A DNA stretch of 64,000 nt, from assembly GCA_965223265.1 (NCBI GenBank), contig OZ244999.1, positions 3,520,001 through 3,584,000 on the forward strand, in the 5' to 3' direction. The position numbers were made by a program, and so were the translations under genes. This stretch comes from Planctomycetota bacterium (GTDB lineage: Bacteria; Planctomycetota; UBA8108; SXIK01). Below, one piece after another: positions 10,083 through 21,127 of the stretch. Numbering within the stretch: position 1 is the stretch's first letter; every line of letters starts with the position of its first letter. The notes beneath the pieces were generated by a model. That model searched no databases. It had not been told where the DNA came from and saw only the letters and a list, made by a program, of their open reading frames with translations.

Positions 10083-12938
10083 CTACTGTTCGGTTCCCTC
10101 TTCGGTCTGTACTTTTCTGACGAGATCACTCACGACGATCGCCTCGATCAGACTGGTGTATGTACCACCGCTTTTCCTTGCGTGAGCGTGAATACGTGCC
10201 ACTTCGCTAGCGTCGGCCGCGCCGAGCGGTCGACCAAGTGCGAACTGTGTGAGCTTCCAGGTGAGACTCTCGGCCACGCGCTCACTGCCTGCGAGGAGTT
10301 CCATCAATTCTGTCGAAGAGGAGAACTTCCGTGATTCCGCGCGACCCGGGAACAAAATTTCACCGTCGTCGCGGAGCGCGTTGCCGTGCGCGTCGACTTC
10401 GCGAAATGAGCCAAGTCCATCGAACTTCTCAAGACCAAATGCTAGCGGCTCAAATTTTGCATGGCAGCCGCCGCACTTCTTGCTGTTGACGCGCTGCATC
10501 GCAATCTCCCGCTGCGTCAGCCCGGGCTCTGTCGGAATGGGCGTGGCATCGACACAAGGGGGTGGATCCTTGACAACGCCGCGCAGGAGCTCATGAAAGA
10601 CGAAGAGTCCGCGAGTCACCGTTGACGCCTCCATACCACCGATGGTCAAGACGCTGCCGTGCGTCAGCAGGCCGCCGCGTGCGGGGATGGCGGCAAGATC
10701 GTACCGTGAAAGGGACTGGCCGTTTGGTGTGTGGACGGTGGGCGGCACTCCGTAGTGTTTGGCTAACCGCGGCGTCAGAAAAGTGAACTGAGCGTTGAGA
10801 AGATCCGTCAGAGGACGCTTCTCATTCCATACCACCTCACGGCAGAACGCCAAAGTCTCGTCGCGCAGGTCGCTGGTCAGCTGTGGATTCCAGTCAGGAA
10901 AGCGCTCCGGATCCGGGTTCAGGTTTGGCAGTCGGTCAAGGTGAAGCCAGTCGGCGAAGAACCTGAGCGACTGCTCAACTGCACGCGGATCCTCGAGCAT
11001 GCGTTGAACCTGCTCTTTGAGGCTGTCCGGTCCCAGTTCGCCTCTTTCGGCGATCCTTAGAAGCTCCCTGTCGGGCGGGGCGCCCCAAACGATGTAGCTC
11101 ACCCGTGTGGCGAGTTCATACTCGCCCGCCGGGAGCGGCGTGCCGTCGCCGCGCTGGTCTTCGATGCGATAAATGAAACGAGGTGACTGCAGCATCGCTT
11201 CGAGGATGAGACGCATCGCTTCTTCAAACGTGCCACCGGCGCTGGCAACGGTGGTCGAGATGCCGCGGTACGATATGACTTCGCTCTCAACCAGAGGGCC
11301 GCGTAGAACCCACTTTCCCATGCGCTCGATGAGCCGCCCCATGTCTTTGTCAGTGAATCGATGTTTCTTGGAGAAACGGTTTACGAATGCCATCACGTCC
11401 ATGCGCTGAACGATGACTTCGGCCAGACGCGCATACGCGGCGACATGGTCGAAGTCGACGCGCAGGTTGTAAGCGGTGTTACTGAACCCGTCGGCTCGGA
11501 CGTCGGGTGGCAAGGTTTCTTCGGCCAGGTCGCCGATGTCCACACCCACCGCGGTGCGAACGGTGTCGACGTACTCTGGTACTGTGAGCCGGCGTAGAAA
11601 GTGCTCGCGCTGATCGCCACCATGCACATAGACCGCGGGGTCGATCGTCTCGAGGGACCACGTCGCGCCGTCTGCGATCCACTGGCGCACAAGACCTTTC
11701 TCCTGCGCCGAGAGAGGCGGGCGGTCTTTCGGCATGTCGCCGGAGTCGATCGCGTCCCAGAGAGCACTCGCCGCCGCGTCGCCGGGGACGAGTATCGGGC
11801 CACCTCTGCCTCCTTCCAGCGCGGCTTTCTTCTGAGCGAGATTTAAAGCGCCCTTGCGGGTACTGGCGTCGTGACACTCCAGACAGTGCTGCGCGATGAT
11901 CGGTGCAATGCGGGTCTCGAAGTGCTCGGCGCGGACATCTCGCTTGCGCGCGACGGCAACCCGCGGTGCCTGTGCACCCGCTCCTGCCTCGAAGTTTTGC
12001 GTCACTTCGCTCGCAGAGAGACCGCGATCGTAGACGGCGACCAGATAGTAGGTCCCGCGCCAGGGGCGACTGTCGCGCAGTTCATCGCCGAGCGCCAAGC
12101 GCAACTCTGCGTCCCAGTTCCCCGTCGTGCCTTGAATCTCTTTTTGCCTGTTCAATAACCCGTCGACGTAAATCTTTGCACGACCGTCGCGCGCTCGCGT
12201 GTAAACTACGTGCATGAGTTCGGGACGTACGCTTCGCGCTTTCGAAACCAGCGAGGGAATCCCGTTACGGTTGGTCGATGTCGTACGCAGGCGGACGTCG
12301 TACTTGTCGCGCTCTTGACCAAGCGTGAAGTTGCGCGCGCTACCACTCTCCGAGAGTGTGACGATGCGGGCCGGACCTTTCTGCTTCGTGTTCGCTGGAC
12401 GGATCCACGCCTCGATGGTGATTTCGCCCGTGCGGCGCACGGCCTCGGCGATTTTTACTGCGGGCGCGGTCGAACGAATCTGGCTCTTGTCGGTGATTTC
12501 CAACACTCCTACGCTGCGGCTGACTCCCTGAAGGTTGTCGATGCGCAGGTCGAGCGGCTTTCCAGCGCCGGCGCGGTCTTTGACGACCGCTCCGCGCGGC
12601 GAAGCGAAATCGTAGAGGACGAGCAGTCCCTCGCGAACACGGATCGTGCCGGCCGTGGACAATTCTGGAGCGCCGTTGTCGGAAGACGACGGCGCGTCCT
12701 CTTGCGAAGAGTCAGCCGGTGGACTTTTGGTTGCCGGCGAGGTCGACTGAGTGTCGTCGGCATAGGCTCCTGTGAACCCCAAGAGCAGAAAGGCGGCGGC
12801 GACGAGACGGATCGCACGATACTTTGGTCGCGAGTCGCCCGAGGGCGTCGGTCGCGAACGGTCGGGCGAACACTCACCGCGCGCCTGTCGGCGGGCGCAC
12901 AAGCGGCTCGTTGAATCGAGGCCGAGAACGCAATTCAT
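10083..12938 (-). CDS. LamG-like + planctomycete cytochrome c + DUF1587/1592/1588/1585-type protein
   Basis: ITIEAWIRP..HVVYT (LamG-like), CLECH and CGGCH heme motifs, RRLTVPEY, LQSPRFIYR, RGGLLTHGS. Start uncertain (ORF open to 13097). Confidence 0.87.
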   Translation of the reverse strand: MNCVLGLDSTSRLCARRQARGECSPDRSRPTPSGDSRPKYRAIRLVAAAFLLLGFTGAYADDTQSTSPATKSPPADSSQEDAPSSSDNGAPELSTAGTIRVREGLLVLYDFASPRGAVVKDRAGAGKPLDLRIDNLQGVSRSVGVLEITDKSQIRSTAPAVKIAEAVRRTGEITIEAWIRPANTKQKGPARIVTLSESGSARNFTLGQERDKYDVRLRTTSTNRNGIPSLVSKARSVRPELMHVVYTRARDGRAKIYVDGLLNRQKEIQGTTGNWDAELRLALGDELRDSRPWRGTYYLVAVYDRGLSASEVTQNFEAGAGAQAPRVAVARKRDVRAEHFETRIAPIIAQHCLECHDASTRKGALNLAQKKAALEGGRGGPILVPGDAAASALWDAIDSGDMPKDRPPLSAQEKGLVRQWIADGATWSLETIDPAVYVHGGDQREHFLRRLTVPEYVDTVRTAVGVDIGDLAEETLPPDVRADGFSNTAYNLRVDFDHVAAYARLAEVIVQRMDVMAFVNRFSKKHRFTDKDMGRLIERMGKWVLRGPLVESEVISYRGISTTVASAGGTFEEAMRLILEAMLQSPRFIYRIEDQRGDGTPLPAGEYELATRVSYIVWGAPPDRELLRIAERGELGPDSLKEQVQRMLEDPRAVEQSLRFFADWLHLDRLPNLNPDPERFPDWNPQLTSDLRDETLAFCREVVWNEKRPLTDLLNAQFTFLTPRLAKHYGVPPTVHTPNGQSLSRYDLAAIPARGGLLTHGSVLTIGGMEASTVTRGLFVFHELLRGVVKDPPPCVDATPIPTEPGLTQREIAMQRVNSKKCGGCHAKFEPLAFGLEKFDGLGSFREVDAHGNALRDDGEILFPGRAESRKFSSSTELMELLAGSERVAESLTWKLTQFALGRPLGAADASEVARIHAHARKSGGTYTSLIEAIVVSDLVRKVQTEEGTEQ

Positions 12939-13128
12939 GAAACCATTCTCACGGATCGACCCCCGAGTTTCCACGGTGTTCGCAGTGAACGCGGCCACTG
13001 ACGTCCTCATACGGTGTGACGATGAGGGCACCTGAATCGAACTTTCCCGAAAACCGTGTTCCACAGTTTTCGAGTACCATGACGCCAACCGATGCACTCA
13101 TGGTTCGAATTGGAGAGAGTACAGCAAG

Positions 13129-13503
13129 ATGGTAAGAATTAGCTATTTGATGCGACGCCTGCCTCACTTGAGCTTGGAAGAGTTTCAATCCTATTGGAGC
13201 GAGAAGCACCCACAAGCCGCACCGGAGGACGCGTTTTCGACCCTCGGCGTCAAACGCTACGTGCAAGTCCTGCCACTTGAAACGGGCGCTCGCGATCTCG
13301 TGATTGGTCCGCGCACCGGTCTGGTCGAACCGTTCGACGGTGTCGCCGAGCTCTGGGTCGAGAGTCTCGAGACGCTTGAACGCGACTGGTCGACTGAAAA
13401 GGCCAAGGAGTACATCGAAATCTTCTTCAAGGACGAGCAGAACTTCATCGACTGGACACGATCCACGATCCTTGTGTCCAATGAGAACATCGTCATGCCG
13501 TAG
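13129..13503 (+). CDS. EthD domain protein
   Basis: RRLPHLSLEEFQSYWSEKH, FDGVAELW, DEQNFID. Confidence 0.85.
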   Translation: MVRISYLMRRLPHLSLEEFQSYWSEKHPQAAPEDAFSTLGVKRYVQVLPLETGARDLVIGPRTGLVEPFDGVAELWVESLETLERDWSTEKAKEYIEIFFKDEQNFIDWTRSTILVSNENIVMP

Positions 13504-13534
13504 TAGGTCTGCTGGCCGAGATCTGGATGGCGAA

Positions 13535-13610
13535 CGCAGGGCGCACCAGACGCCCCAGAAATCGATGAAGACAAACTTCCCTCGCCAGTCTTGGGAGAGT
13601 GATTGGCTTT
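13535..13610 (-). pseudogene. Fragment of TlpA/thioredoxin-like gene
   Basis: SLSQDWRGKFVFIDFWGVWC resembles xSLxDxRGKVVLxDFWATWC; second Cys and remainder absent. Confidence 0.5.
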
Positions 13611-13637
13611 CGGTCGTGCCAGTTGCCAACGCCCAAT

Positions 13638-13937
13638 AGCCTGTTCGACATGCTGAAAGAGACCGACCGTCGGTCGGCTGCACCGATGAGCTCCAGAGCG
13701 CCTCGTCTCGAGAGGTCCTCAACCCAGCTGACCTTCAGAAACGGCTGCTTCCCAATTCTACGCGCTCTATCGCGTCGAAGGTCGAAGCCCGGTGAGTACC
13801 CGATCCTCCGGCCAGTTCCGACTTGCCCGTTCAACTGAGACCTCATCGCGAAGCAGCACGACGAAATGGTTAAGTAGGTGACCGCTCTGCGGTTTGGGAC
13901 TGTGGAGGCCGAGGCGATTCTTCGTCGGTTCACGTCA
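13638..13937 (+). pseudogene. Tn3-family transposase remnant
   Basis: SLFDMLKETDRR, SSREVLNPADLQKRLL, and YPILRPV..PFN*DLIAKQHDEMVK*VTALRFGTVEAEAILRRFT, with stops replacing the expected W and Y; internally deleted. Confidence 0.75.
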
Positions 13938-14202
13938 CGGTCAAAGGGAACGTTATCCAAGGCCAGAGGTGAAAATGTAAGGACTTGGCTCGCTCCGGAG
14001 TGTCCATTCCAAGCAACGTTTTTAGGAGAATTCGAGAGTTTCATGCCCGGAACCGCCCCCCGACGAGACGCCCAACGCCGAATACGACACACGCGAGCAT
14101 CCGGAGGTGACATGCATTTTCGGGCACAAGAGCGACGGCACACCGTCCGCTACACGGAGCTGTCCTCTGACCGATTCAGCGGATTCTGGGACGATTGACG
14201 CC

Positions 14203-15108
14203 ATGAGTATCTACGTCGAGACTCGCCTCCGCGCTCCCCTTGAGGACCTTTGGGAGTACACCCAGAATCCCGAGCGTCACGAACGCTGGGACCTGCGCTT
14301 CTCCCGAATCGAATACCTGTCCCGCCTCGACGATAGCGAGCCGCAGCGCTTCCTCTATTCGACACGCATCGGCCTTGGCTTGGCGATCCGAGGCGAGGGC
14401 GAATCCGTCGGCGAGCGCGAAGCTCCCGGCGGCACGCGGAACTCTTCGCTTCGATTCTGGTCCAACGATCCCAAGTCGCTCATCCGGGAAGGTTCCGGCT
14501 ACTGGAAGTACATTCCCACCGGTGACGGAGTCAGGTTTCTCACCCTGTACCGCTACGATGTCCGCTTCGGGTGGATCGGCCGTTACTTAGACCGTGCGGT
14601 CTTCCAACCGCTTATGGGATGGGCGACGGCCTGGAGCTTTGATCGCCTGCGACTATGGCTGGAGGATGGGCTCGACCCGAGCATGACCCGCGACCGCACC
14701 GTCGTCTATGCTGCGGCGCGGTGCAGCGTGGCTTGCGTCTGGATTTACCACGGCTTGGTCCCAAAGCTGCTCTTCACACATTCAGACGAACGGCTTTTGC
14801 TCGGGCTCGGTGGTGTTTCCGAGGCGATGATGCCCGGCGCACTCGTTGGCCTGGGGTTGTTGGAAGTGGTTTTCGGGTTTCTGGTGCTTTTCCTCTGGAA
14901 CAAGGCGTGGCCTCTCATAACCACCGTCGTGGCCATGCTCCTGGCGACGGTCGGCGTGGCAGCGACGGCGCCTTCCTTCTTTGTCGCGGCCTTCAACCCC
15001 GTCTCTCTTAACCTCCTCGTTGCAGTGTCGGCAATCATGGCGTTGTTGACGCGCGCGCATCGGCCCTCGGCGCGGTCCTGTCTGCGCAGGGAGCCACACA
15101 AGTCATGA
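14203..15108 (+). CDS. SRPBCC-like/DoxX-like membrane protein (YndG-like)
   Basis: MSIYVET..LWEYTQNPERHERWDLRF, WATAWSFDRLRLWLE, VWIYHGLVPKL, FNPVSLN. Confidence 0.8.
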   Translation: MSIYVETRLRAPLEDLWEYTQNPERHERWDLRFSRIEYLSRLDDSEPQRFLYSTRIGLGLAIRGEGESVGEREAPGGTRNSSLRFWSNDPKSLIREGSGYWKYIPTGDGVRFLTLYRYDVRFGWIGRYLDRAVFQPLMGWATAWSFDRLRLWLEDGLDPSMTRDRTVVYAAARCSVACVWIYHGLVPKLLFTHSDERLLLGLGGVSEAMMPGALVGLGLLEVVFGFLVLFLWNKAWPLITTVVAMLLATVGVAATAPSFFVAAFNPVSLNLLVAVSAIMALLTRAHRPSARSCLRREPHKS

Positions 15109-15785
15109 CCTCGATATATCGCCAAGCTCTTGGCCGCGACTTTGATCGGCTGCATCCAGAGATCCAGCGGCGCTTCGGATTCTCGAGCGAGGACCGCATC
15201 GCCTCGGTCGGTACCGGTGTCATGGAGAAGGTCGAACGTGGGCCGTTTTGGACAATTCCTTTTCTCTGGTTGGGATCGTGGCGGCGAATCCTCCTTCCCC
15301 GCTGCGGCCGGAACGTGCCGTTTCGTATCGAGAACTACGCCTACCGTGACCAGAATGGGCGCGAGACGGTCACCTGGCTGCGCACTTTCGAATTAGCCGG
15401 GAAGCCACACCGTTTCGACGCTTACATGATCTACAGCGATCGTCGCGGCGGGATCGTCGACTACCTTGGCACCCACCAGCATCTCGCCGTCGACCTCGAG
15501 CTCTCGGTAAACGACGCGGGTGGTCTCAAGCTTCGGTCAGGTAAACAGCGCTTCTACGAAGGACCCATCGCCTTCCGCTTCCCGCTTCTCTTCTCAGGCG
15601 TCGCAGAAGTCTGCGAGTGGTATGACGATGAAACTCGGCAGTTTCGTATCAAGGTCGAGGTGCGCAACCGAATTTGGGGGCGCCTCTTTCGATATCAAGG
15701 ATGCTTTCAGGTTGACTGGCACGAGCTCGACCCTACCGATGTCCCACCGGAGGCCAGGCCCCGCCGCGAAGAGCGCAGAGAGTGA
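15105..15785 (+). CDS. DUF4166 domain protein (YndH-like)
   Basis: SIYRQALGRDFDRLHPEIQRRF, IVDYLGTHQ, LFRYQGCF; ATGA-coupled to the upstream gene. Confidence 0.82.
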   Translation: MTSIYRQALGRDFDRLHPEIQRRFGFSSEDRIASVGTGVMEKVERGPFWTIPFLWLGSWRRILLPRCGRNVPFRIENYAYRDQNGRETVTWLRTFELAGKPHRFDAYMIYSDRRGGIVDYLGTHQHLAVDLELSVNDAGGLKLRSGKQRFYEGPIAFRFPLLFSGVAEVCEWYDDETRQFRIKVEVRNRIWGRLFRYQGCFQVDWHELDPTDVPPEARPRREERRE

Positions 15786-15921
15786 AGGAGTCCGAGAAGC
15801 GAAGCGACAGAAGTGGACGGTCGTGAACCACGTGCGCTGCAGCTGACACCAGGTGCCAACTGGTCCAAGAAACTCTACTCCCTCAGAACCCACACGGAGG
15901 ACTCACGATCTCAAGACCGCC

Positions 15922-17458
15922 TCACTCGTGTTGAATCGGCACCTCGAAGTTGCGCTCCAAATCGCCGTCGAGTTCCAGAACCGGCAAAGAGATCGACTGG
16001 ATTTCGCCCCCCGAGTGATCGATCGCCTCAACGTTGTAGGCACCGCTTCGAAGACCGCTGATCTCGAACCTTCCCTCCCGGTCGGCGGATATCATGGCGG
16101 CGAATTCGTCGTAGTCCCACTCGAAGACCGGTTTCAGCGCCAGCAGAGTTCGATCGAGCGGTTTGCCGTCTGCATCGAACACGCGACCGCTGAGCGCAAG
16201 TCTGCCGAGTCCGTCTCCTACGTTCACTTCCTTGTGGTCTCCTTCGCGCAGCTCGAATCTCCGGCGGAATCGAGAGTCGAAATCACGCCTACCCGACGCG
16301 GCCTCGAGAAGATAGGTTCCAGGACTCAAATCATCCCAGGAAAACCTACCGTGTTCGTCGGTCTTGGTGTAGCCGTACACGTCCAAAACCTCTTTTCCGT
16401 CGAACGTCTCTTCAGCCCGAAACAGACCAACCGGGGCGCCTGCCATGACCTCCCCGTTGTCATAGTAGTAGCCTTCAACGGATTCTGCCGGGTGAAGGAG
16501 CACGACGAGATCTCCCGAGTCGCTCCCATGAGTCAGCCTTTCGGCAGGCGGCAAGATGAATCGCCGATACCCAGCTGCTTGAAAGAAGAGGGTGCCTCGC
16601 TCTCCTTCGCGGAACCGAAACACCCCGTCGGCGTCGGTGACCGTCCGCTGACCGTTATGCAACCCCACCGTCGCTCCCCAGTGGAAGCGAGAACCGTCCC
16701 AGACTCCGTAGGTGACACCAACTCCGGCGATCGGCTTCTCGGACGTTCGGTCCGCGACGACGCCTCCAAGAACACCCGCCTCGCTGAGGCGAATGAGCAA
16801 GCGCGCCGTGCCGGTTAATTCCGCACGTCGGAGTCGAGTAGGCGTATACCCCGCGGCCGCAACGAGAAGGTTAAGATCTTCCCCGTCGGGCCCCTCCAGC
16901 ATGAAATGCCCGCTGGCCCGATGAAAAGACTCAGCGGCAAGGACGCGAGAATTGGTCGCCGAACCGTCGAGCAGCTTGACGTCGAAACTCGGAATCGGTT
17001 GACCGCTCGCATCGTCGACGACCCGTCCGCGGAGAGTCAGGCCAGCCAACCGTTCAAGCGTCAGTACGATAGATTGATCGACGCGTGCGGAACGTTTTCG
17101 TATCGATGCCCATTTCTCTGGACGCGGACCTTTCACCCGGACACGCACGACCGGCCCAGGCAAGCGCTCAAGTCGAAAGCGACCGCTTTCGTCAGTCTTG
17201 GTCGAACGGGTACCGGATGACACCCCCTTGGGCGCAGACATCGCCGACGCGGAGACACGAGCGTCCACAACGAAACCCTTCCTGGTCGACGACGCTGCCT
17301 TCCAACCAATGGCCTGAGCTCAACGAGATGCGAACTTCCGTCGGCTGGTCGGGAGTGCCAGGCGTGACGCGGCGGAACGCTGGTCCCCACTGTTCGCTTA
17401 GGAACGCGAGGCGGCACTCGTCAAGTTCGCCACGAAACAGCAGCCGGAAGAGCGGCAA
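15922..17458 (-). CDS. Carboxypeptidase-regulatory-like repeat protein, 5' end frameshifted or degenerate
   Basis: Repeated GxVVD..P..TDxxGRF units. ORF 17192-17458 (LEGSVVDQEG) joins 15922-17268 by a frameshift near 17270. Confidence 0.7.
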
Positions 17459-17581
17459 GCGCTTCGAGCTCGAAGCCTCCGTAGGGATTCACGTGGCTGT
17501 AGATGAGTGGTGTCACCGCACGGAATCCCTCGTCGGTCATGCGGTCCATCCACACTCGTTTTTTCGATTTTCGGTTGGATG

Positions 17582-17597
17582 GACTACATCTGTAGTC
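17582..17597. promoter_or_regulatory. BlaI/MecI/CopY-type operator
   Basis: Palindrome GACTACA-TC-TGTAGTC containing the TACA-N2-TGTA box, 57 bp upstream of the BlaI-like gene; TATACT -10-like hexamer at 17605-17610. Confidence 0.85.
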
Positions 17598-17654
17598 TAT
17601 AGAGTATACTTGTGGTCAACGCTTTGAGATTCGACCTCATGCGAGGGTTCCGCC

Positions 17655-18080
17655 GTGCCTCGTCCAAAGAAGCGAGACGACCCGCCTCCCGCGGTTTCTA
17701 ACGCCGAGCGTGAAGTTCTCCGGTGCCTTTGGCGACACGGGGCCATGGCTGCACGGGACGTCTACGCCGCGCTTCCGGAAGACCACGGGTGGGCGTACAA
17801 GACGGTCAAGACGCTGCTGTCTCGATTGGTGGCGAAAGGAGCCATCGACTACGAACGCGTCGGCAACTCGTATCTCTATCGCGCGGTTTTCTCGCGCGAG
17901 CAGATGACGCGCGAGGAGGTGAAAGGTTTCGTCGACCGGATCCTTGAGGGTTCGTTGACGCCGCTGTTGGCCTACTTCGTCGAGGACCGAGAGCTGGACG
18001 ACGAGGAACTCGCGCAGCTACGCGAAGTCCTCGAAAAGCGCGACCGACCATCGACCTCAGCAAAGCGGAGGAAACGATGA
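17655..18080 (+). CDS. BlaI/MecI/CopY family transcriptional repressor
   Basis: SNAEREVLRCLW, WAYKTVKTLLSRLVAKG, GSLTPLLAYFV. Confidence 0.95.
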   Translation: MPRPKKRDDPPPAVSNAEREVLRCLWRHGAMAARDVYAALPEDHGWAYKTVKTLLSRLVAKGAIDYERVGNSYLYRAVFSREQMTREEVKGFVDRILEGSLTPLLAYFVEDRELDDEELAQLREVLEKRDRPSTSAKRRKR

Positions 18081-20983
18081 CAGGCGAAACGTTCATAGAA
18101 GTTGCGGAAAGTGTCGCGGTGCGGTGGTGGGACTGGGCCGTGGCGATCAGCTGGCAAGTCGCCCTTCTTGTCGCAGTGATCGCCGCCGTGGCTGTTCTTG
18201 GACGGAGAATGCCGGGGCAATTTCGCTACCTGTTGTGGTGCATCGTCCTCATTAAGGTATTCGTTCCACCGTCGCTGACCTCGCCTTGGAGCGTCGGAGA
18301 GTTGTCGGGCACCATCGCGGTGCGAGAACTCGTGCGTGACCCGACGAATGCCAGCGACGACGTCCACCCTGAACGTCCCGTGCCGACATCGACATCGCGG
18401 GCGGCGACTTCAGCTCCCGCGACTCGGTCTCTCCAACTGCCGCCGCAGCGAAACGACGCTTCGACCGAGCGTGCTACTCCTGGGCCGCCGGTCTCCGAGC
18501 CCGCGACTGGACCTTTCGCGACGGTGCCGGCCAAAAGCGACGCGCGCTCGGACAACGCCGACCGACGTGCGGCGTCAATGGCGACGCTGCGCCTCGCGGC
18601 GCTATCTGTGTGGCTGATCGGCTTCGTGGCCATCGTCGGGGTCGTTCTGTTTCGTTATGCGCGGGTTCTGCGCCAGTTGCGCTCGGCGCAGGTGGTTGAA
18701 GAAGGAACGCTTCGCGTGCTCATCGAACGCCTCACGCAGCGGCTTGGACGGAAAGATGCACCGGAACTGTTGCTCTCGGATGACGCGCGCAGCCCATTTT
18801 TCCTCGGCGTCATCCGCCCGCGCATCGTCTTGCCTGCCTCTTTAGCGACGACGCTCGAGCGGAAGGAACTCGAGAGCGTTCTTCTTCACGAGCTGGTTCA
18901 TTGGCGTCGCGCAGACATTTCGGTCGCGTGGTTGCAGGTGCTGGCTCAAGCGACCCTCTGGTTTCATCCACTCGTCTGGTTGGCGAACTCGCGGATTCGG
19001 CGCGAACGTGAAACCGCATGCGACGAGGCGGCGCTCTCCGTCGGGGTCTCACAGCCGCAAGTTTATGGTGAATCACTCTTAAAAGTCCTCTTGGCAGCGC
19101 GCGGGCGTCCAGCGGTGGCCCCCGGTCACTTGGGAATCTGCGAGCGACACACGGATCTTCGCAGGCGATTGGAGAACGTCATGAATCTCGAGAATCGAAG
19201 CACGAAGGTCGGATTCTACAGCTGGCTTTTTCTATCACTTTTTGCGCTCGCATTTTTGCCGATGGCGCGCAGTAGTGGTGACACGCCGCCACCCCTGCGA
19301 TCGGTCCACTTCGTTGTTGGTGCGGACGCGCTGACCTTCGAGGGAGAGGAAGTCGCGCTTGTCGACCTACGCTCTAAACTCGAGCGTGTCGACCACCGTT
19401 CTCGGGTTGCACTCTGCTACGCCGTCGACGACAGAAACATCCCGCCCGAGCGCGTCGACGCCATGAAAACAGTGTTGTTGTCTCTCACTCAAGAACTTGG
19501 CTTTCAGTACCTCAGCGATATCGGACGCCACCCGCTCGGCTCGTATGGCACGGCCGCCACGTCGTTCACCGAGCGCCTGGTGGTGGAGGTGGAGGTCGAC
19601 GTCGAGCGGGATCCGGAGGATACGCGCCTGACGGTGCAGCACGCCTGCGCTTCGATCTGCGCCGCCGCCGGGATTCCGTTCCTCCAAGAAAAAACCGCTG
19701 CCTCAGCAGATCCCGTAGGGCGACGTTACATCTCTCCAGTACGGGTCAAAGGCGTGCTGGCCGAGAAGGCGCTCCTCGACGTGTTGAATCCTGTCGGACT
19801 CCGTTTCGATTTCGATGAGACGGGGCTGTTCCTCTACTTCCCCGGCGAGTTTCAAACGGCAAGAAGAGAAACTGCGCGGGAGCAAACGGAGTCAGGAGCG
19901 ACGGCGAAAAAATCGCTTCAGGGACTCATCAACGACGCGACAAGCGGTCAGGTCGTGCGGGTGCCGGCTGGGACGCACTCGGGGCCGCTCGTCATCACGA
20001 AGCCCCTGACACTCCGCGGTGCAGGTGCCGACAAAAGTGTGATCGAGTTCCTTGGCAACGACCCGGCAGTTCTCGTGCGTGACGTCGACGGAGTGCAGAT
20101 CGAGGACGTGACGGTGCGTTGGAGCCCTATGTCGACCGAAAGGAGGATTGAGTACCCGGCTGCGATCGGCGTACGCGATGCCAAGCTGACCGTTCGGCGC
20201 TGCCACCTAGGGCCGATTGAACGACCTGAGCTCACGCCGTACGGTCTCCTTGCGACCGGGCGCTCAGACGTCACGTTCACCGCTGGGTCGACCACTGGAT
20301 TCGCCTACACACTCATGTTCACAGATGGTGCCCGCGGCACGGTCAGTGACTCTGTTCTCATGAAGGCGGGTCACAGCGTGATCACGCTGCATGAGCACTC
20401 GCGCGTCCGCATCGAGCGGAACATCTTGGCTCGCTGCGGCTACCACGCAGTTCGTAACACTGGCGGTACGATGGAAATGTTGAATAACCTAGTCGCCGAC
20501 AACGTCCGAGCGGGTGCGTACCTGGGAAACAAGCCGGCGCACGGCTCGATCGTGAACAATCTCTTCACCGGGAGCAACGGCGCGATCTGGGGCTATTCCT
20601 ATTCGGACGTCGAGCTGCGAAGCAACCTCTTCTTCAAATCGCGCGGCGCGGCGATCGGCTTTCGTGACACCTGCCGGCTCAAGATCGTCGGCAACAGCTT
20701 CGTGGACAACCCGGTCGCGTTGATCAAGTACGGCGACAAGGACTCGGCCGGAGCCGGTGCGACGGCGCAGCGTAATCACTACTGGCAGAACGCGGAAGAG
20801 ACCCAAAACTTCAACAAAGAGGAATCGGCAGTCACCGGGAATCCACGCTTTGGCAACGCGGCGCAAGGAGATTTCCGCGTCACCGAGAACTCGCCGCTCA
20901 TGCAGGACGGCCAAGTTGTGGGCGGACTGACCGATGCGGAGCTGATTAGCAAGTTGTGGCAGCGCTATACGAACCAAGAGTGA
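18077..20983 (+). CDS. M56 (BlaR1-like) metallopeptidase fused to a right-handed beta-helix domain
   Basis: RYLLWCIVLIK, SPFFLGVIRPRIVLP, HELVH, WFHPLVW, RETACD; C-terminal Asn-rich parallel beta-helix repeats. Confidence 0.92.
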   Translation: MTGETFIEVAESVAVRWWDWAVAISWQVALLVAVIAAVAVLGRRMPGQFRYLLWCIVLIKVFVPPSLTSPWSVGELSGTIAVRELVRDPTNASDDVHPERPVPTSTSRAATSAPATRSLQLPPQRNDASTERATPGPPVSEPATGPFATVPAKSDARSDNADRRAASMATLRLAALSVWLIGFVAIVGVVLFRYARVLRQLRSAQVVEEGTLRVLIERLTQRLGRKDAPELLLSDDARSPFFLGVIRPRIVLPASLATTLERKELESVLLHELVHWRRADISVAWLQVLAQATLWFHPLVWLANSRIRRERETACDEAALSVGVSQPQVYGESLLKVLLAARGRPAVAPGHLGICERHTDLRRRLENVMNLENRSTKVGFYSWLFLSLFALAFLPMARSSGDTPPPLRSVHFVVGADALTFEGEEVALVDLRSKLERVDHRSRVALCYAVDDRNIPPERVDAMKTVLLSLTQELGFQYLSDIGRHPLGSYGTAATSFTERLVVEVEVDVERDPEDTRLTVQHACASICAAAGIPFLQEKTAASADPVGRRYISPVRVKGVLAEKALLDVLNPVGLRFDFDETGLFLYFPGEFQTARRETAREQTESGATAKKSLQGLINDATSGQVVRVPAGTHSGPLVITKPLTLRGAGADKSVIEFLGNDPAVLVRDVDGVQIEDVTVRWSPMSTERRIEYPAAIGVRDAKLTVRRCHLGPIERPELTPYGLLATGRSDVTFTAGSTTGFAYTLMFTDGARGTVSDSVLMKAGHSVITLHEHSRVRIERNILARCGYHAVRNTGGTMEMLNNLVADNVRAGAYLGNKPAHGSIVNNLFTGSNGAIWGYSYSDVELRSNLFFKSRGAAIGFRDTCRLKIVGNSFVDNPVALIKYGDKDSAGAGATAQRNHYWQNAEETQNFNKEESAVTGNPRFGNAAQGDFRVTENSPLMQDGQVVGGLTDAELISKLWQRYTNQE

Positions 20984-21127
20984 GTCGTTCGCTCGTCGAG
21001 CCTTTTTGGACGAGGCGCAGCTTCGTTCCGACATCGCTTACACTATGCGAGAAGAACGACGACCAGCTACTTTCCGGTGGCGACCAGAGACGACGGCAGA
21101 ACTGAACGCCTAACGTGGGAGGGCATC

